A stretch of 64,000 bases of DNA from Pseudogymnoascus verrucosus (lineage: Eukaryota). This document shows, one piece after another, positions 10,857 through 23,290 of the stretch. Under the pieces are notes generated by a model. That model did not search any database and had not been told where the DNA came from. It worked only from the letters and a program-made list of their open reading frames with translations. Location of the stretch: NCBI GenBank assembly GCA_001662655.1, contig KV460250.1; one strand, given 5' to 3'. Position 1 is the stretch's first letter. Every line of letters begins with the position of its first letter. A program made the position numbers and the translations under genes.

Positions 10857-12916
10857 TCATATCGACGTAATTCGTGTTCCTGGTCCTGGTCCTGTTTTGC
10901 GCCGAGGCCGTAGATTTATCACCGATTCCAGCTCACGAAGCATCTTCGTGCTCGCCTCAGCCGTTTCTCTTGCCGTTTCCCGCTTCTCTCTATCCTCCTT
11001 CATCTTGACAATTCTCTCTTCTCGGGTGAGGGTGCTTCGTGGGCCTATGCCTGGGCGTGGGAGGCCGATTGCCTCGAATACCTCTTCATTCTCGGAACTC
11101 AATTCTGGGCTCAGGCGACTTTCTCCGTTCAATGCCTTCAATGCATCTGCAGGGGTACCTTCTTCCACCGATGTGAGGCCACCCAGGCTTGTTGTAGGGG
11201 AGAGTAATCCACTCATGGATGAAATACGTCGCTCGTTCCTATCGATCGTGTTCGCAAGCGCTGCTTTGCCAGCTTCCCATTCTTTCATTAACGATCTTAA
11301 ATCCACACCTATGGCATCATATTGAATCATCAGATGCGGCCCTAATTGGGAGATGTCTTCGGATTCATCCAAGGTCTTGTCGGATTCTTCGCGTAAAACG
11401 TGCATTTTAGCTTGTAAGCTTCTGATTCCAGTGGATAGGGTGTTAAGCTTCCGCAGCTGGCCTCTCCATCGTTCGCGGCCAGGAGTCAGGGGAGACTTTG
11501 GGGTCGTTGGTACTGGGAATGCTGGTTCTGTTAGCAGTTTCTATAAGGCGATGAGTGGGCAATGCTTACATTCTTCTTGCTCAAAGACGGATCGTACCCG
11601 GTTATCAGCTATAGATGCTACATCCGAAAGCCCCTTAATCTCATCTAGGGCAGTTCTCCACCTCATAAAATCTTCTTTGCCGCCGTCTGCTTCAAGAGCC
11701 AAAAGGCAGCAAAGAAATAGCTTCCGCAAAGTAACGAACCTCGATATGAGGATTTTTAAGACCCTCAGGGACTCGTAATCTTCGAACTCGTCTTTTGTGT
11801 ACTCGGTAAGAGCCTCTTGTATATCGATAGTTGTTATGTCATATATATCGTAGTATTTTTCAAGGTTAAGCGGTTCTGTCAATGGCTGGAGAGCAAGGTA
11901 GCCTTGGTGATATCGACGCATAAGGTCTATGGCGCTATCGAATAATGCTCGGCGCAACTGAAGGCACCTTCTCGCTTGGCTGCGATCTTCAAGTCGTGTT
12001 ATCGGTGGTAGTGGCAGGCTCCTGGGTAGGTGTTAGCTTCGTAAATATCTATCCGCTGTGTCTGTATGCTTACAATCGATACCCTCTTGATACGAGCTCA
12101 ACCTCTTGTATAAGAGATAACGCGGCTGTCACTGCAGAATCCAAATCTTGTGTCTGCCCAACGAGTCTCGTAGCCTCGGTAATATTCTGCTCGCGGAGGT
12201 AGAGTAGCCATTTGCGCCGCAGGTATGCCTGGCCTATTATTGCACCTGCCACCAACACTGCAGCAATTACTATGCATCGCAACGTGATGGATATCCAGTC
12301 CCGGCCAGCAGAACCCCAGCGAATCATCCATGACACTCCAAACGCGACTGAAGCCGTGACAACAGCGCCTCGTGGGCTAAACGTATTCAGGGAGGTAACA
12401 GGCGCGTCTTCGGATGAACGCGGCGGCGACTTGCTGCCATATCCCTGTCCATGGTATTGTCGGTCATTCAGCAGTTGCGATGCCACTATAATATATCGAA
12501 ACCGTTCTTGGAATTTGGTATTGTCGGCCTTCCCCAGCCGGGAATTCAGTGCTTCCTTCATTTAAAGTCAAAAGAAGTCCATGGCTTATAATCAGCATGA
12601 TATCAACTTACCGAATAAGTATTCCGAATCGCAGTCGCGGCAGTCGCCTGTGGTACACTTATCCGCAATGGCGATATGAGCTTGTGGCGAAATCTGGAGG
12701 GGACCGTTGGCCTGCCTCGCGGCGCGAATGATGGGCTTGAATTCGTTGAGGACGTTTCGTTTTGTTTTTCATCTGACGAGGAAGTATCTGATTTGTCGCC
12801 ATCTCCTTCTCCTGGTGATTCTCCGTCAGTAAGCCTCCTTGGTTGGCACGTGGAAGGGGGGACATACCCTCAAAGTAGCTAGCGAGAGGTGAGTCTTCAA
12901 AGACGACGGCGTCCAT
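10857..12916 (-). CDS. vezA: Vezatin-like (myosin-binding domain) membrane protein; multi-exon
   Basis: N-terminus MDAVVFEDSPLASYFEG, FRYIIVASQLL, TM segments, LIQEVELVSRGYR, RKLFLCCLLALEADG and a C-terminal coiled coil. Recognised from memory of fungal vezatin homologues. Confidence 0.75.
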
Positions 12917-14330
12917 GTTGAGTGGTACTATCGAACCAGTATCATGGCTATAATTCAAGCCAACGTAACAAAGCGCGTGGGAGATGAAGCTGGGGGGAAT
13001 GTTGGTGTTGACGTGGGCCAGTTCCACCAAGGGAACCAAGGGCGGCCAGGTGTTCCTGGATCAATAATTACCGGGGAACTCGTTAAGGGTGGGAAATGGA
13101 TCACGATTCAGGCAAGGCTGAACCCAAGAATCCTCAGCCTCGCCACTCCCCCATGCCAACAGCCTATCAGTTGTTTCATACTTACATACACCGTGCATAC
13201 CACAAATTTGTACGACTACCATGGTTCAAATTGTGTCTTTTATGTAAGCATTGGAAATATCTTCAGCAGCAATACCTGTTATTGTTTCTGGTGCACAGTA
13301 CGATAATATCGCGGGTTAGCCATCAAAGTTGGCGGAGTAGTCATAGTTTGATCAGCAGAAAGGAAGGCATGGCTCGTATCGTCGTCGACGTCGTCGTCGA
13401 TTCTTTCGAACTATCTAGACCTCTACAGTAGATATGCTCCAGCTAATATGAGTAACAGATCCGTCATGCAGGCTAAGACTCAGATGTGGATCGGTAATAA
13501 GTGACTTAAGCAATGTCGTGCCTGTTCGACCAAGAAAAGGAAGCCATCTCGCTGACAAACACCTTAAATTCCGACTGTCAGACTCCCGCTCTTGGCGTTT
13601 CGGGCTATTGGGCCCTTACTGCTCTATCTACACGTGTATATTAATCAACACCAGTCAGTGTTGAGGGATCTACAGTTGACAGGCCATACTGAGGCTGACT
13701 TCTCCCCTCCATCAGCCATTCTGTCGCCTTTGTCATCACAGCCTTGTTGACTCTATGACGTGTGGCGCGCACGCATTTGGCATCCGGTCTTTCCATCGCA
13801 TGTCGCTCACTCCGCAACTCTAACTTCCCCCCCTGTCTATGGACTCTAGGCTTCCAAGTTCCCATATTGGAGGCCAATATAGGATAGAGTACCTGTAACG
13901 CCATTCGGTTAGCTCTCTGCATTTCAGACGCCGGAACCCGGTTACTTTTCGAACCTAATCGACGTGACGCGGATGGAAGCTTGGGTGATCACCCATCCCT
14001 TCTAGTGTGCTTATGTCAAGCTTAGAACACATGTGCGGTATCAGATTAGTGTTCTGTGGTGGCTTGGTTTGGGGGGCCAAGAACCCTTTGGATTCTATGG
14101 GTAACTATACCAAACCAAGACCTCATCCATCACTGTAGGGCTACGTTGCTACGTTGTAGTGCAGGTTAGGTTCGAGTCTGACTCTGGTTGTATATAATAC
14201 GGGATGAATTCCTTTTGTGTGTCTCCTCCGGCTCAAGGTCAATGGCAGTTTTAGCTCCATCTATCAAATTTAATATATATTACCGAACTCAGTCTCTATA
14301 TTCTGTTGCAACTCGAGCTTTCTTTCAATC

Positions 14331-15287
14331 ATGTCATCGGACTCTTCTAAGCACCGGTCCTCGAAGCATAAGGAGAACGGCACCGCGTTATCTGAGAAGA
14401 GCGAGGCCAACCTAGCAAATGTGAAAAACAATCTCGTGTTACTGAACAAGATGCTATCAGAGCGCCCCGGGGAGTGGGAGCAATGGCTATCAACGGCACG
14501 GTTAGCAATGCGCGCCATCGACGCCATGCGTTTCTTAAAGGATACCGCACGGCTTCAGGAGCAAGTTTGGTTGATACAAGTACTCCAAGACTACTCATTT
14601 CACGATGCGGACGAAGGTTGCATACAAGATATTTCGCAGTGGTGCCAGTCTTCTTGGCTAAGAGTTCTGAGAGACCATCCTAACAATGTCACCATTTTGA
14701 AAGGTATGATAACGAAGTGTTGTTTGGAATTTCAAGCTAATTCTTTCTAGGTTTGGGTGATAACTGGCTTCAAACATCACAAGGATTCCTAGCCATGATT
14801 CATCGGGAGGGAAGTGTATCGAGTGATTCCGGTGGTGGGTTTGTCATATTTACTCAGGCATGTTAAATATATCAGTACTAAATTAGCAGCGAACAAAAAC
14901 GCCCACTGCCCACTTCATGTTCAGGCCAGAACGCACTTACAGCCAGCTGTCGATTTTTTCGCCAGGGCTGTCGTAGCGGCGGAAGGAAGTGACAGCTTGA
15001 CAGGAGAGCTCCTAAGTTCGGCGAGTGTCACATCCACGATATTATCTCCCCTTCTAATTGATGTTGCAGGCGGCGGAAGCTTCCATGAACCTCGGGAATG
15101 TGTCCTCTCCATCCTCCGCTGAGCAACATTTTGTGCGGGCGGTCAAATATCTCCGGCGCACTGTGGCAATTCCAGGGTACACCTTGAGTACTTTCTTCCA
15201 GGAGTGAGTACTATAAACGTAACTGCTGTGGCTTAGCTAATAAGACCTAGATATTTGGATGACTATGGCCGATTCGTGGCAGCCTAG
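14331..15287 (+). CDS. Hypothetical alpha-helical (TPR-like) protein; ~5 exons including a GC-AG intron at 15021-15069
   Basis: The ORF pieces splice into a continuous protein (…ILKGLGDNWLQ…LQPAVDFFARAV…AAEASMNLGNVS…QEYLDDYGRFVAA*), with branch sites in the introns. Confidence 0.75.
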
Positions 15288-15837
15288 GTACTGTCAGTTC
15301 TTGCCACTGGGCACGGCGTTTGGAGGTGGAGGATTTTATACCATGGCTCTTTACTCTGATGATTTTTGTTGATCATTTTGAATAATATTTATGAATAACA
15401 ACTCACATATTTTACATATTTTACTTCATTGCAAATACAATAAAATAGTCACAAAAATAGCCCAAACTACAATAAAATAATAAATCCTGCATATATCGGC
15501 ATCGCCGAGTCAACTATCAGGCTTCTAATAAAAGATGACTCTTATATATGTACCAAAGTACTCGCATATAGATTCCAGAAAGTGAGATGCCAATTCCCCA
15601 CCCGCAACCCGGCGATCGCGCGACACAGCCGCCGTCAGATCCGCCACCACCCAATCAGAGCCAGCACCACAATCCGCGCTTCCGGTAGCCTCAGCCGCGA
15701 CCCTAACGTCACCTGCACTCCTATACCACCAAAACCACACGAATACCTCGCATTCCGGGCCCAACAGTCACCTCCGATCCAGAACACGTCTCCTCCGCCG
15801 GGCATCCGACCTCAGAGGTCCCAATCGACTGTTCAAG

Positions 15838-16253
15838 ATGATCTCGGAGCGTGAACTACAGATCAATCCGCTGGTGCCGGATAGCATCGTGCATAACACC
15901 AAGGTAACCCTCGACTGTCTCCGCCACGCAGAACTGCTTCAAATCCCGGGTCTCATGATCTAACGCGCGTACAGACTCTTGCGAACCTACACAACCTCAC
16001 AGCCTCTTTACTCGGCATTGCCGCCGGAATCCTCGGCCTCGAATCGTACCCTGGCTTCCTCTTCTACGCCCTCCTCACCTTCATCACCTCTGCGCTGGTG
16101 TACGTCTTCCGTGTGCGCCCGACTGCTGCTGCGGAACTTGACACGACAAGGTTTTTTGTCAGTGGGTGGACGCTGTGGACGGGAGGGTTGATTGATGGGT
16201 TGAGTGGGTTTGTGTTGACGTGGACGTTGGTTTATGGGTTGGTACGGGCATAG
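15838..16253 (+). CDS. EMC6: ER membrane protein complex subunit 6 (Rab5ip family); 2 exons
   Basis: SIVHNTKTL…GIAAGILGLES..GFLFY and C-terminal GFVLTWTLVYGLV. Confidence 0.9.
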
Positions 16254-16590
16254 GTGGTCGGATCAGGAATCATGAGGATCGGATGAGGAATGTATGGGCT
16301 CGATGCCATAATGGAGGGACTTGGGTGTAGGAAAAAGGAGATACCATACGAGGGCTGGGAATAATGCCTCAAACCATCGACAAACCGGAAGAACTACAAT
16401 AAGTGGGAGCAGGGATTTCAATGGCAAAGGCTCGCAGAGCCAGCTTGGTAGAATTCTCCCAAGTGCCAATCGGGACTCATGACAAATTCAAGAAAGTCTG
16501 AAGAACCCAAAACATAAATGTAATATTAAGCAAAACAGAACCAAAACATTATATATTCATAGGATGTCGTCACCACTAACATGGGAAATA

Positions 16591-19398
16591 TTACCAATCT
16601 ACAACCTCTATCACTTTCCCAACAAACCCCTCTAGTCCTGCAATACCCTTCTCACCCCTCTCCGAGCCATAGTATAAGCCATGGCCACCACCAGGCATTA
16701 TCAGAACCTGAGATCCTAACTCGATCCACTCCCGTGTTGTCATGAGTTCAAGCGTCACATCAGTGACTCCATCCGAGCCAAATATAGGAGGCCCAGGATC
16801 GTCATCCTCATCCTCGAAAAGATTCGATCCATCGTCATCTATATCCTGTCCCCTTTCGGAAGCTGGGGCATGCGGCATGAGCCTAACTACGCGGGCTGAT
16901 GCCCTGATGGACGCTATGTAGACGACAACAAGGCTGCCAATCGTGATTGAATTGATATCCTCATCCTCGAAAGAGGCAGTGAACCTGCTGACTGCCTGGA
17001 GAGACAGCCCGGTGTCCTTCATATGGTGGCTTGGGATAGCTAAAACCATGCCTTTCCGAAGGCGAGGCGCCTGGGTTGGTCGTCGCTCGAAGGGGTCTGC
17101 CGGGTTCTCTACTTCTGGTATGTCGAACACGATGCCAATGGTTCCAACCTGCCCTGCTTGCAGGTTATGAACGGGGAGTCGAAGATTGCGTATGCTGACT
17201 ATGTGCGCATTGTGCCATTCGCCGGGAGGTGCAGATGCCGAAGCTGCTTCACGTCGTGCTGCTCGAGCGAGCTCCGAAGCTGACGGATGAGATGCCGATC
17301 GTCCAAGGTCAAATTCCTGATCGTGTTGCCTTGCTCCAGTTGACGACGATAGCGGCCACAAAGTCTCATCATCACTTCCAGAATCCGCAGGAAATGGTCC
17401 AACAACGATATTGTTTCCGACTGAAATAGAGCCGAATCGAAGATGCCCAGCCACCACGGTTCCTTCCTCTAAATGCGTATCTTTGACAGATGTTTGCATG
17501 GCAAATGCCGCTGGAAGAGCAAACGTATCTTCAATATGGAACAAACATGCAGGCTGTTCAGGATTCAAGACTTCTCCTATGTAATCATGCGAAGTTGGGG
17601 TACTCGGAACTGGCAAACTGCAGAAAAGAGAGTGCAACATTCGTATCCCTGTTCCCTTTGCGGCAGATGTCATGATTATAGGCACCACCTTTGTAAGATT
17701 GTCTGGATTCAGTGTGCCCACAATTTTCTTCACTGTATCTGCATCCTTGTCCGGTATGGATTGAAGGTCGGACTCCATGATGCCTTTCGTTTGATCTGGA
17801 GGAAGAATCATCGGGACTCTCCCAACGGCCTTTATAGCAGAAAGGATCTTACCCAATGTTTCTCTTAAGCTAGTCCGAGAGGCGATATCGAGCTTTGTTA
17901 TAACGATTGCAAGGGGCCTTTCCAGTTGCAAGCAAAGATCAAGATGTGCCTTTGATAAATCGATTCCAGCTCCAAGAGTGCTGCCCATGATATCCTGTGC
18001 CGACGATGTCCCTCCAGCCCCCTGAGGAGTATTTGTTCCGTCGTCGCCAGCAACGCAAAGTAACGTCCAGTGAGGCGCCCAGCCGACCAGTCCACGAACG
18101 GTGGTTCGCCGATATCTAGGGTGGCCGGCAGAATCGGAGACAAAAACAAGTCGACCATTCTCAGACTGGGCGTGTATATCAGTCCATGTGGTCACGTTCC
18201 CAGTTGCGTAATTGATAACTTCTGCTGCAATAGCCGGAGAAGAGGAAGTCCTGTATCCAACAAGTTCTTGGGCCACAGAACTTGTTATTCCAGAAGCTAA
18301 CTCGTGGCGATGCTTTAGCAGGCTCAGTCTGCTCTTACCTCTGCCATTGTCAAGAGTCCCCGTTGATAAAGTCCCCAAAAGGGAAGATTTCCCCGATGTT
18401 GTAGGTCCAGTCAAAGTGATTCGCAATTGCTCGGTGGATGATCCGCGGGATATATTCAATTCCGCGTCTTTGGATAGCCCAGCCCCAGATGCTGTAGCAC
18501 TAGATATTGGCGATCCGTTATGTGGCGCACGACCTGCATCCTTGCTGACCAAACTAAGATCTGGTGTTACCAATGCCTCAGCTACCCAAAGCTTTTCTTT
18601 CCGGAGTTTATCCTCTGCATGGTCCCTCGAAGGCCCTGAGATATCGAGCGGCTCATCTGTAGGCGCTTCTGCGGGCGACCATTCACATTCGCCGACTACC
18701 ACCATCCTGGTCACTTCCACAAAACATCCCAAGCTGGCTGCCATAGCCCTGAGATTTGTCAAACTCTCATCCATTTCATCCTTAGCCAAGCCTACAAGCA
18801 CACCGCTGTCTGAAACACCAATTTCATAAAGTGCGCCACGGCTCGACTCTAACCCAGCCAATAATTTACCTGGCCGTGTCTGCATGTTAAGGGATGCCAT
18901 CGCCTCCGGCAGTTGTGGCACGATAAGCTCGCTAGTAGATGAGGATGAGGCATGGTAAGGGGATGATTGCTGTAGCCTCCATAGTAATTGAGTCGTCAGC
19001 TGCGTAAGACGATGTTGTCTTGATTGGTTTGTTGGTGCTGTTGCTGATTCGCCAGTTGCTACTTTGGACTGCGGTGGAGCAGCTGTATGTGTTCCTGTAC
19101 TGAAGGACGTATATTTCCTCCTTGGACGTAAAAGAAGATGCAGTTTGTACTCAGCGGGTCCAGTTTGCGGTTCTGGCTCGAGTTTGGTAACATTGTAGTC
19201 TGAGAGATGCCCAGGCTGTAATGATGTGCCATTCACCGCTCCCACTGATGCTTTCGAACCGAGGAGCAAAGATCTATCTTGTGTTCGTGAATCTCCGCGA
19301 GAAATCGGAGTCTCTGCTCTGGGCGATCCCTCCGCTGGAGTGAGCCATGGAGAGGATATCGTCGGCGGGTCTGGATCAAAGGAGAATATAGATGCCAT
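16591..19398 (-). CDS. GTPBP1/GTPBP2-like translational GTPase, intronless
   Basis: G1 GPTTSGKSS, switch I HRHELASGITSS, G3 DSAGH and G4 TKLD. It also has a GTPBP-type N-terminal segment (EYKLHLL…ALYEIGVSDSG) and EF-Tu domain II-like GTVVAG. Confidence 0.85.
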   Translation of the reverse strand: MASIFSFDPDPPTISSPWLTPAEGSPRAETPISRGDSRTQDRSLLLGSKASVGAVNGTSLQPGHLSDYNVTKLEPEPQTGPAEYKLHLLLRPRRKYTSFSTGTHTAAPPQSKVATGESATAPTNQSRQHRLTQLTTQLLWRLQQSSPYHASSSSTSELIVPQLPEAMASLNMQTRPGKLLAGLESSRGALYEIGVSDSGVLVGLAKDEMDESLTNLRAMAASLGCFVEVTRMVVVGECEWSPAEAPTDEPLDISGPSRDHAEDKLRKEKLWVAEALVTPDLSLVSKDAGRAPHNGSPISSATASGAGLSKDAELNISRGSSTEQLRITLTGPTTSGKSSLLGTLSTGTLDNGRGKSRLSLLKHRHELASGITSSVAQELVGYRTSSSPAIAAEVINYATGNVTTWTDIHAQSENGRLVFVSDSAGHPRYRRTTVRGLVGWAPHWTLLCVAGDDGTNTPQGAGGTSSAQDIMGSTLGAGIDLSKAHLDLCLQLERPLAIVITKLDIASRTSLRETLGKILSAIKAVGRVPMILPPDQTKGIMESDLQSIPDKDADTVKKIVGTLNPDNLTKVVPIIMTSAAKGTGIRMLHSLFCSLPVPSTPTSHDYIGEVLNPEQPACLFHIEDTFALPAAFAMQTSVKDTHLEEGTVVAGHLRFGSISVGNNIVVGPFPADSGSDDETLWPLSSSTGARQHDQEFDLGRSASHPSASELARAARREAASASAPPGEWHNAHIVSIRNLRLPVHNLQAGQVGTIGIVFDIPEVENPADPFERRPTQAPRLRKGMVLAIPSHHMKDTGLSLQAVSRFTASFEDEDINSITIGSLVVVYIASIRASARVVRLMPHAPASERGQDIDDDGSNLFEDEDDDPGPPIFGSDGVTDVTLELMTTREWIELGSQVLIMPGGGHGLYYGSERGEKGIAGLEGFVGKVIEVVDW

Positions 19399-20008
19399 AA
19401 CCAATTCTCCGCCTTTTCAATACGGAAGATGTCAAGGGACGACTGGTGAAGCCCGTCACCGCGCTATTAGTGTTTTTATTCGTTTGAAAATAAGTATATA
19501 TGGCAGAGTGTGTAATCGTTTAACCATTTTGATCTTATCGGTTCGTTGGGACCAAGATTGGTGTCGGAAGCTATTCGTTCCTCGTGTTATCGATGGCTAG
19601 GTGCGATATAGGGCGGGGAGTTCAGCAAGTCATTGCTATGAAAATGTCAATATAAAGATATTTTCTGGACGCAATCGAGAAGTTATAGCTCCCTCGACGC
19701 CCTTGGGAGCTCTCGATATTATAGTTAATCCGCAAGGTGGCACTGGCTTCGGTGAGTCAGGCGGCAAGGCATACTTAGGCGGCAACCCCACCAAATAATG
19801 CACTACTTCCAGACCCCGAGCTTATCCTAAAGGGGCCAATACTATTGGCTTGAAACGACAATCGGTCCTCATACACACGTCAGACATCAGCCACAGTCTC
19901 GTATCTTTGCCTCCATCGTACTCTGCTATCAACATAAAGATTCACGAATTTTATCATTCCAAGCCAAAAAGGAAGACAGAAAACTCAGAGATATACCCTG
20001 TTGCAACG

Positions 20009-21322
20009 ATGAAGAAATTCGGCTTTGGCAAGAAGAAGGAGAGCCGTGAGGCCGATAACAACTCGGGGCGCCCCTCCCCCTCTTCGAACCCATATGCACA
20101 GGCGACACAATCGCCAGATCCATATGCTGTCGATACAAACAAGTATGCCAATTACGGTGCGAAGCCAGGACAAGAGAAACAATCAAGCGGTTCGCCCGCC
20201 AGCGGTGCCGTCAGCCAGCGGTCGCAATACGGGGGCCTACCCAACGGACCAGCGTCGGGGAGGAGCAACTCTTATGCAGCATCCACAACTTCTACGGAAA
20301 CCGCACCTCCAGCATATGGCGCTGAGCGTTACGGAAGTGCGAATGGCTATGGCTCGAACCGCTACGATAATGCAAGCAGCCCATACGGCGGGGCTCCGTC
20401 AGTACAATCGCGTGGCGCCGGCGGTTATGGTGGATTAGGACGGTCGGAGAGTGCCGACACGGCTACAACAGAAGACAACAGAAATGCGCTATTTGGAGAT
20501 GCCAAAGAGAGGAATGCAAAGAAGCAGAGCGTACCACCGGAGAATGCGCAGCCTGGCGGTGGCTACGGCGCTGGAGCCAACAGCGGCTATGGTACATATG
20601 GTGACAGGCAATTAACCGCTGAAGAAGAGGAGGAGGAGGATGTGGAGGCTACCAAGCAAGAAATCCGCTTCATGAAGCAAGAGGATGTCTCGTCAACCCG
20701 AAACGCCCTCCGCATGGCATCCCAGGCCGAAGAGACCGGACGTGGCACCCTCGCTCGTCTCGGTGCCCAGGGAGAGCGTATCCACAACACAGAGAAGAAC
20801 CTCGACCTCGCTGCAAACCACAACCGCATTGCCGAGGAGCGAACCCGTGAACTGAAGACTCTCAACAAGAGTATGTTCGCCGTGCATGTGGCCAACCCAT
20901 TTACTTCGCAATCTCGCAAGGCTGCCCGTGACCAAAATATCTTGGACAAGCACCATGCTGAGAGGGACCAACGTGAGGCCACGCGCCAGGCAGCCTTCAG
21001 CTCTGGTCAACGAATGGAGGGCGCGTTCAAGGAGATGCAGCCCGGAGATAGGGGGTATAAAGCAAAGGCGCCGGCCAAGGCGAGCCTGGCGGACCGTGCG
21101 AAGTATCAGTTTGAGGCGGACAGTGAGGATGATATGATGGAGGATGAAATCGAAGGAAATCTTAGCGAACTGCACGGTGCTGCTCAAAGGCTTAATTTGC
21201 TTGCGCAGGCGACGGGCAAGGAGCTGGATGAGCAAGACGACCTTATTAGGCGGGTTGGCGTGAAGGGTGATCGTGTGGATGACCAGATTGCAATGAACCG
21301 TGCGAAGCTGGATCGTATTTGA
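20009..21322 (+). CDS. SEC9: SNAP-25-like plasma membrane t-SNARE
   Basis: G/Y/S-rich N-terminus, Qb SNARE (TLARLGAQGERIHNTE), SMFAVHVANPF and Qc SNARE (MEDEIEGNL…RAKLDRI). Confidence 0.93.
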   Translation: MKKFGFGKKKESREADNNSGRPSPSSNPYAQATQSPDPYAVDTNKYANYGAKPGQEKQSSGSPASGAVSQRSQYGGLPNGPASGRSNSYAASTTSTETAPPAYGAERYGSANGYGSNRYDNASSPYGGAPSVQSRGAGGYGGLGRSESADTATTEDNRNALFGDAKERNAKKQSVPPENAQPGGGYGAGANSGYGTYGDRQLTAEEEEEEDVEATKQEIRFMKQEDVSSTRNALRMASQAEETGRGTLARLGAQGERIHNTEKNLDLAANHNRIAEERTRELKTLNKSMFAVHVANPFTSQSRKAARDQNILDKHHAERDQREATRQAAFSSGQRMEGAFKEMQPGDRGYKAKAPAKASLADRAKYQFEADSEDDMMEDEIEGNLSELHGAAQRLNLLAQATGKELDEQDDLIRRVGVKGDRVDDQIAMNRAKLDRI

Positions 21323-21536
21323 TAGGATACACATGCTACCGTATGGTTACTGGCACTAGTTGATAGAATATATGGGGATTGGGGATACTCTTATGTCACA
21401 CAGGTGGCTAGCACTGCATTTAGCCTTTCATAAGATAGTGAAATGCAATTATTCAATAAATCCTATCCTTCATTCTGATGAGCCGCCAAAATTGGACCTC
21501 CACCCATGCCTTTTACATGATAGCCTATCTACATAT

Positions 21537-22791
21537 TTACAGATTTGCCTTTGACCGCCTAGCTCCATTTGCTTGCTGGAATATCCTGTACGCCTGCTCG
21601 CCGAATGGCACCATCATGTCGGCATAATCCTTCGCGTTCGCACTGCTCGCCTGTCTAACTGCATATCGCGCAGCGATGCCTTGCATAATGACTGAGCTTC
21701 TGTACATTCCGAACGCGGCACCCCACAGCAGATCTGGCTCTGGGTTGTAACCCGAGACCTCTGTGTACCAAGATATGACTTGGTCCTTCGTTGGTAGGCC
21801 TGGGGTGGCTCCGGGAACAAAACCCTTGTGCTTGTTTGGGCCATCGATGAATGGCATTGTCAGGTTCACGACATCAGAAAGAGGGTGGCCGATGGTAGAC
21901 ATCTCCCAACTAGGTTTCTGTTGTCAGCTTAGTATAACTTAACGGAATGGGAAACTCACTCTAATACGCCGATAACTCTGGGCTCGGTTTTATGGAAGAC
22001 CATGTTGTCAATTTTATAATCCCCGTGAATGATCTGTCCCCTATCGGCCACTTGCGTGCTTGGGTTTTTGAAATATTCAAGCATCTCGTCTACATGCGGT
22101 ATGGGGCCAACGGCTTTGCCGGTTTCTATGTCCTTTACCCTCCCCTGTGACTCCATTATAGTACCGAGGGTTCTGATCTGTCGGTTGTAGAAACCATTCG
22201 CCCTGCCGAATTCTTCGAGTCCGACGCTCTTGATGTTGACTCTGTGAAGTTTTGCCAGTGTTCGTACGGCGTCGTGCCACCTGCAATCTCGAATTAGTAC
22301 GGAAAATCAACATAACTGTTTCATAATGGCCACTCACATCTCGGTCCTCTCGGCTGGGCTCACGCCTGGCAGAGCTGCATCCTCAATGATGCGCCCGTCC
22401 AAGAACTCCATGATATAGAACGGGGTGCCAATCACACTATCATCCTCGCACAGGCAGTATGTTTTCGGCACAGGCACATCGGTCTTCCCCAGGGCGTGAA
22501 GCACCCTATATTCTCGCTCGACTTGGTGAGCCGTTTTGGACACTAGCTTTCCCGGAGGCTTCTTGCGGATGACGAATTTTTGGCCATCGCTTCCAGTGAT
22601 TTGGTACGTGGGGTTTGACTGGCCGAAACCGAACTGCAATACCTGCTTAGTATGGGGGAAATTATGGCGGGGAAATCTGTCGCTGGACGAACCTGCTTGA
22701 GGTCTATGGGAGTTTTGATCTCCGGCACGGACTTGGAAATGTAGCGCTCCAGCGCTGCCACATCAATTGGTTGTCTCACGCGTCCAGCCAT
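21537..22791 (-). CDS. Aminoglycoside phosphotransferase-like kinase (ACAD10/11 N-terminal-like); multi-exon
   Basis: [31 protein letters not shown], Brenner motif HGDYKIDN and [14 protein letters not shown]. Confidence 0.92.
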
Positions 22792-23290
22792 TTCGAGAAT
22801 CTACAGAAAAATCTACCAAACTGAAGGAGCGGCGATGCCGCGGCTTTATCTGTAGAAGTGAGGGTAACCGCACTAACGACGTACATAGCGGACTGATCGA
22901 AATGCCGAGGCCCGTCGGCTGGTGGGGCTAACCTTTCCCCAGGTTTTGGTTGGAGGGGCTGCCTCCAATAAAACCACCTTATCAGGCATGTTAATCCACG
23001 CCAACGAAATATAAATATCGTATTGACTACTTTGTATTGACTCTAGCCCGGGAACTCCCATATTGCGATATGGATATGCTTTGTTGTCGAGATTTTCTGG
23101 TTATATCAGATATCGCATACAACTATTCATCTCGCGCCGGATTTATGGATCATTATGTATACCGCAAGTATTTATTATTTGCACGAAAAAATAACATTTA
23201 AACTGGTATTAAGATTCCCCTTACTCCTATCATAGCCTCGGCCTCAAATCCTACATACGCATCTTTCTATGCTATATAAAACCCCAACAT

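Noticed and set aside
14165..14185. GGTTCGAGTC B-box/T-loop-like motif suggesting a tRNA
   Set aside because: The T-stem does not pair properly and I could not build a cloverleaf.
21537..22791. APH gene as horizontally acquired antibiotic resistance
   Set aside because: It contains introns and is an ACAD10/11-like member of a family widespread in fungi.
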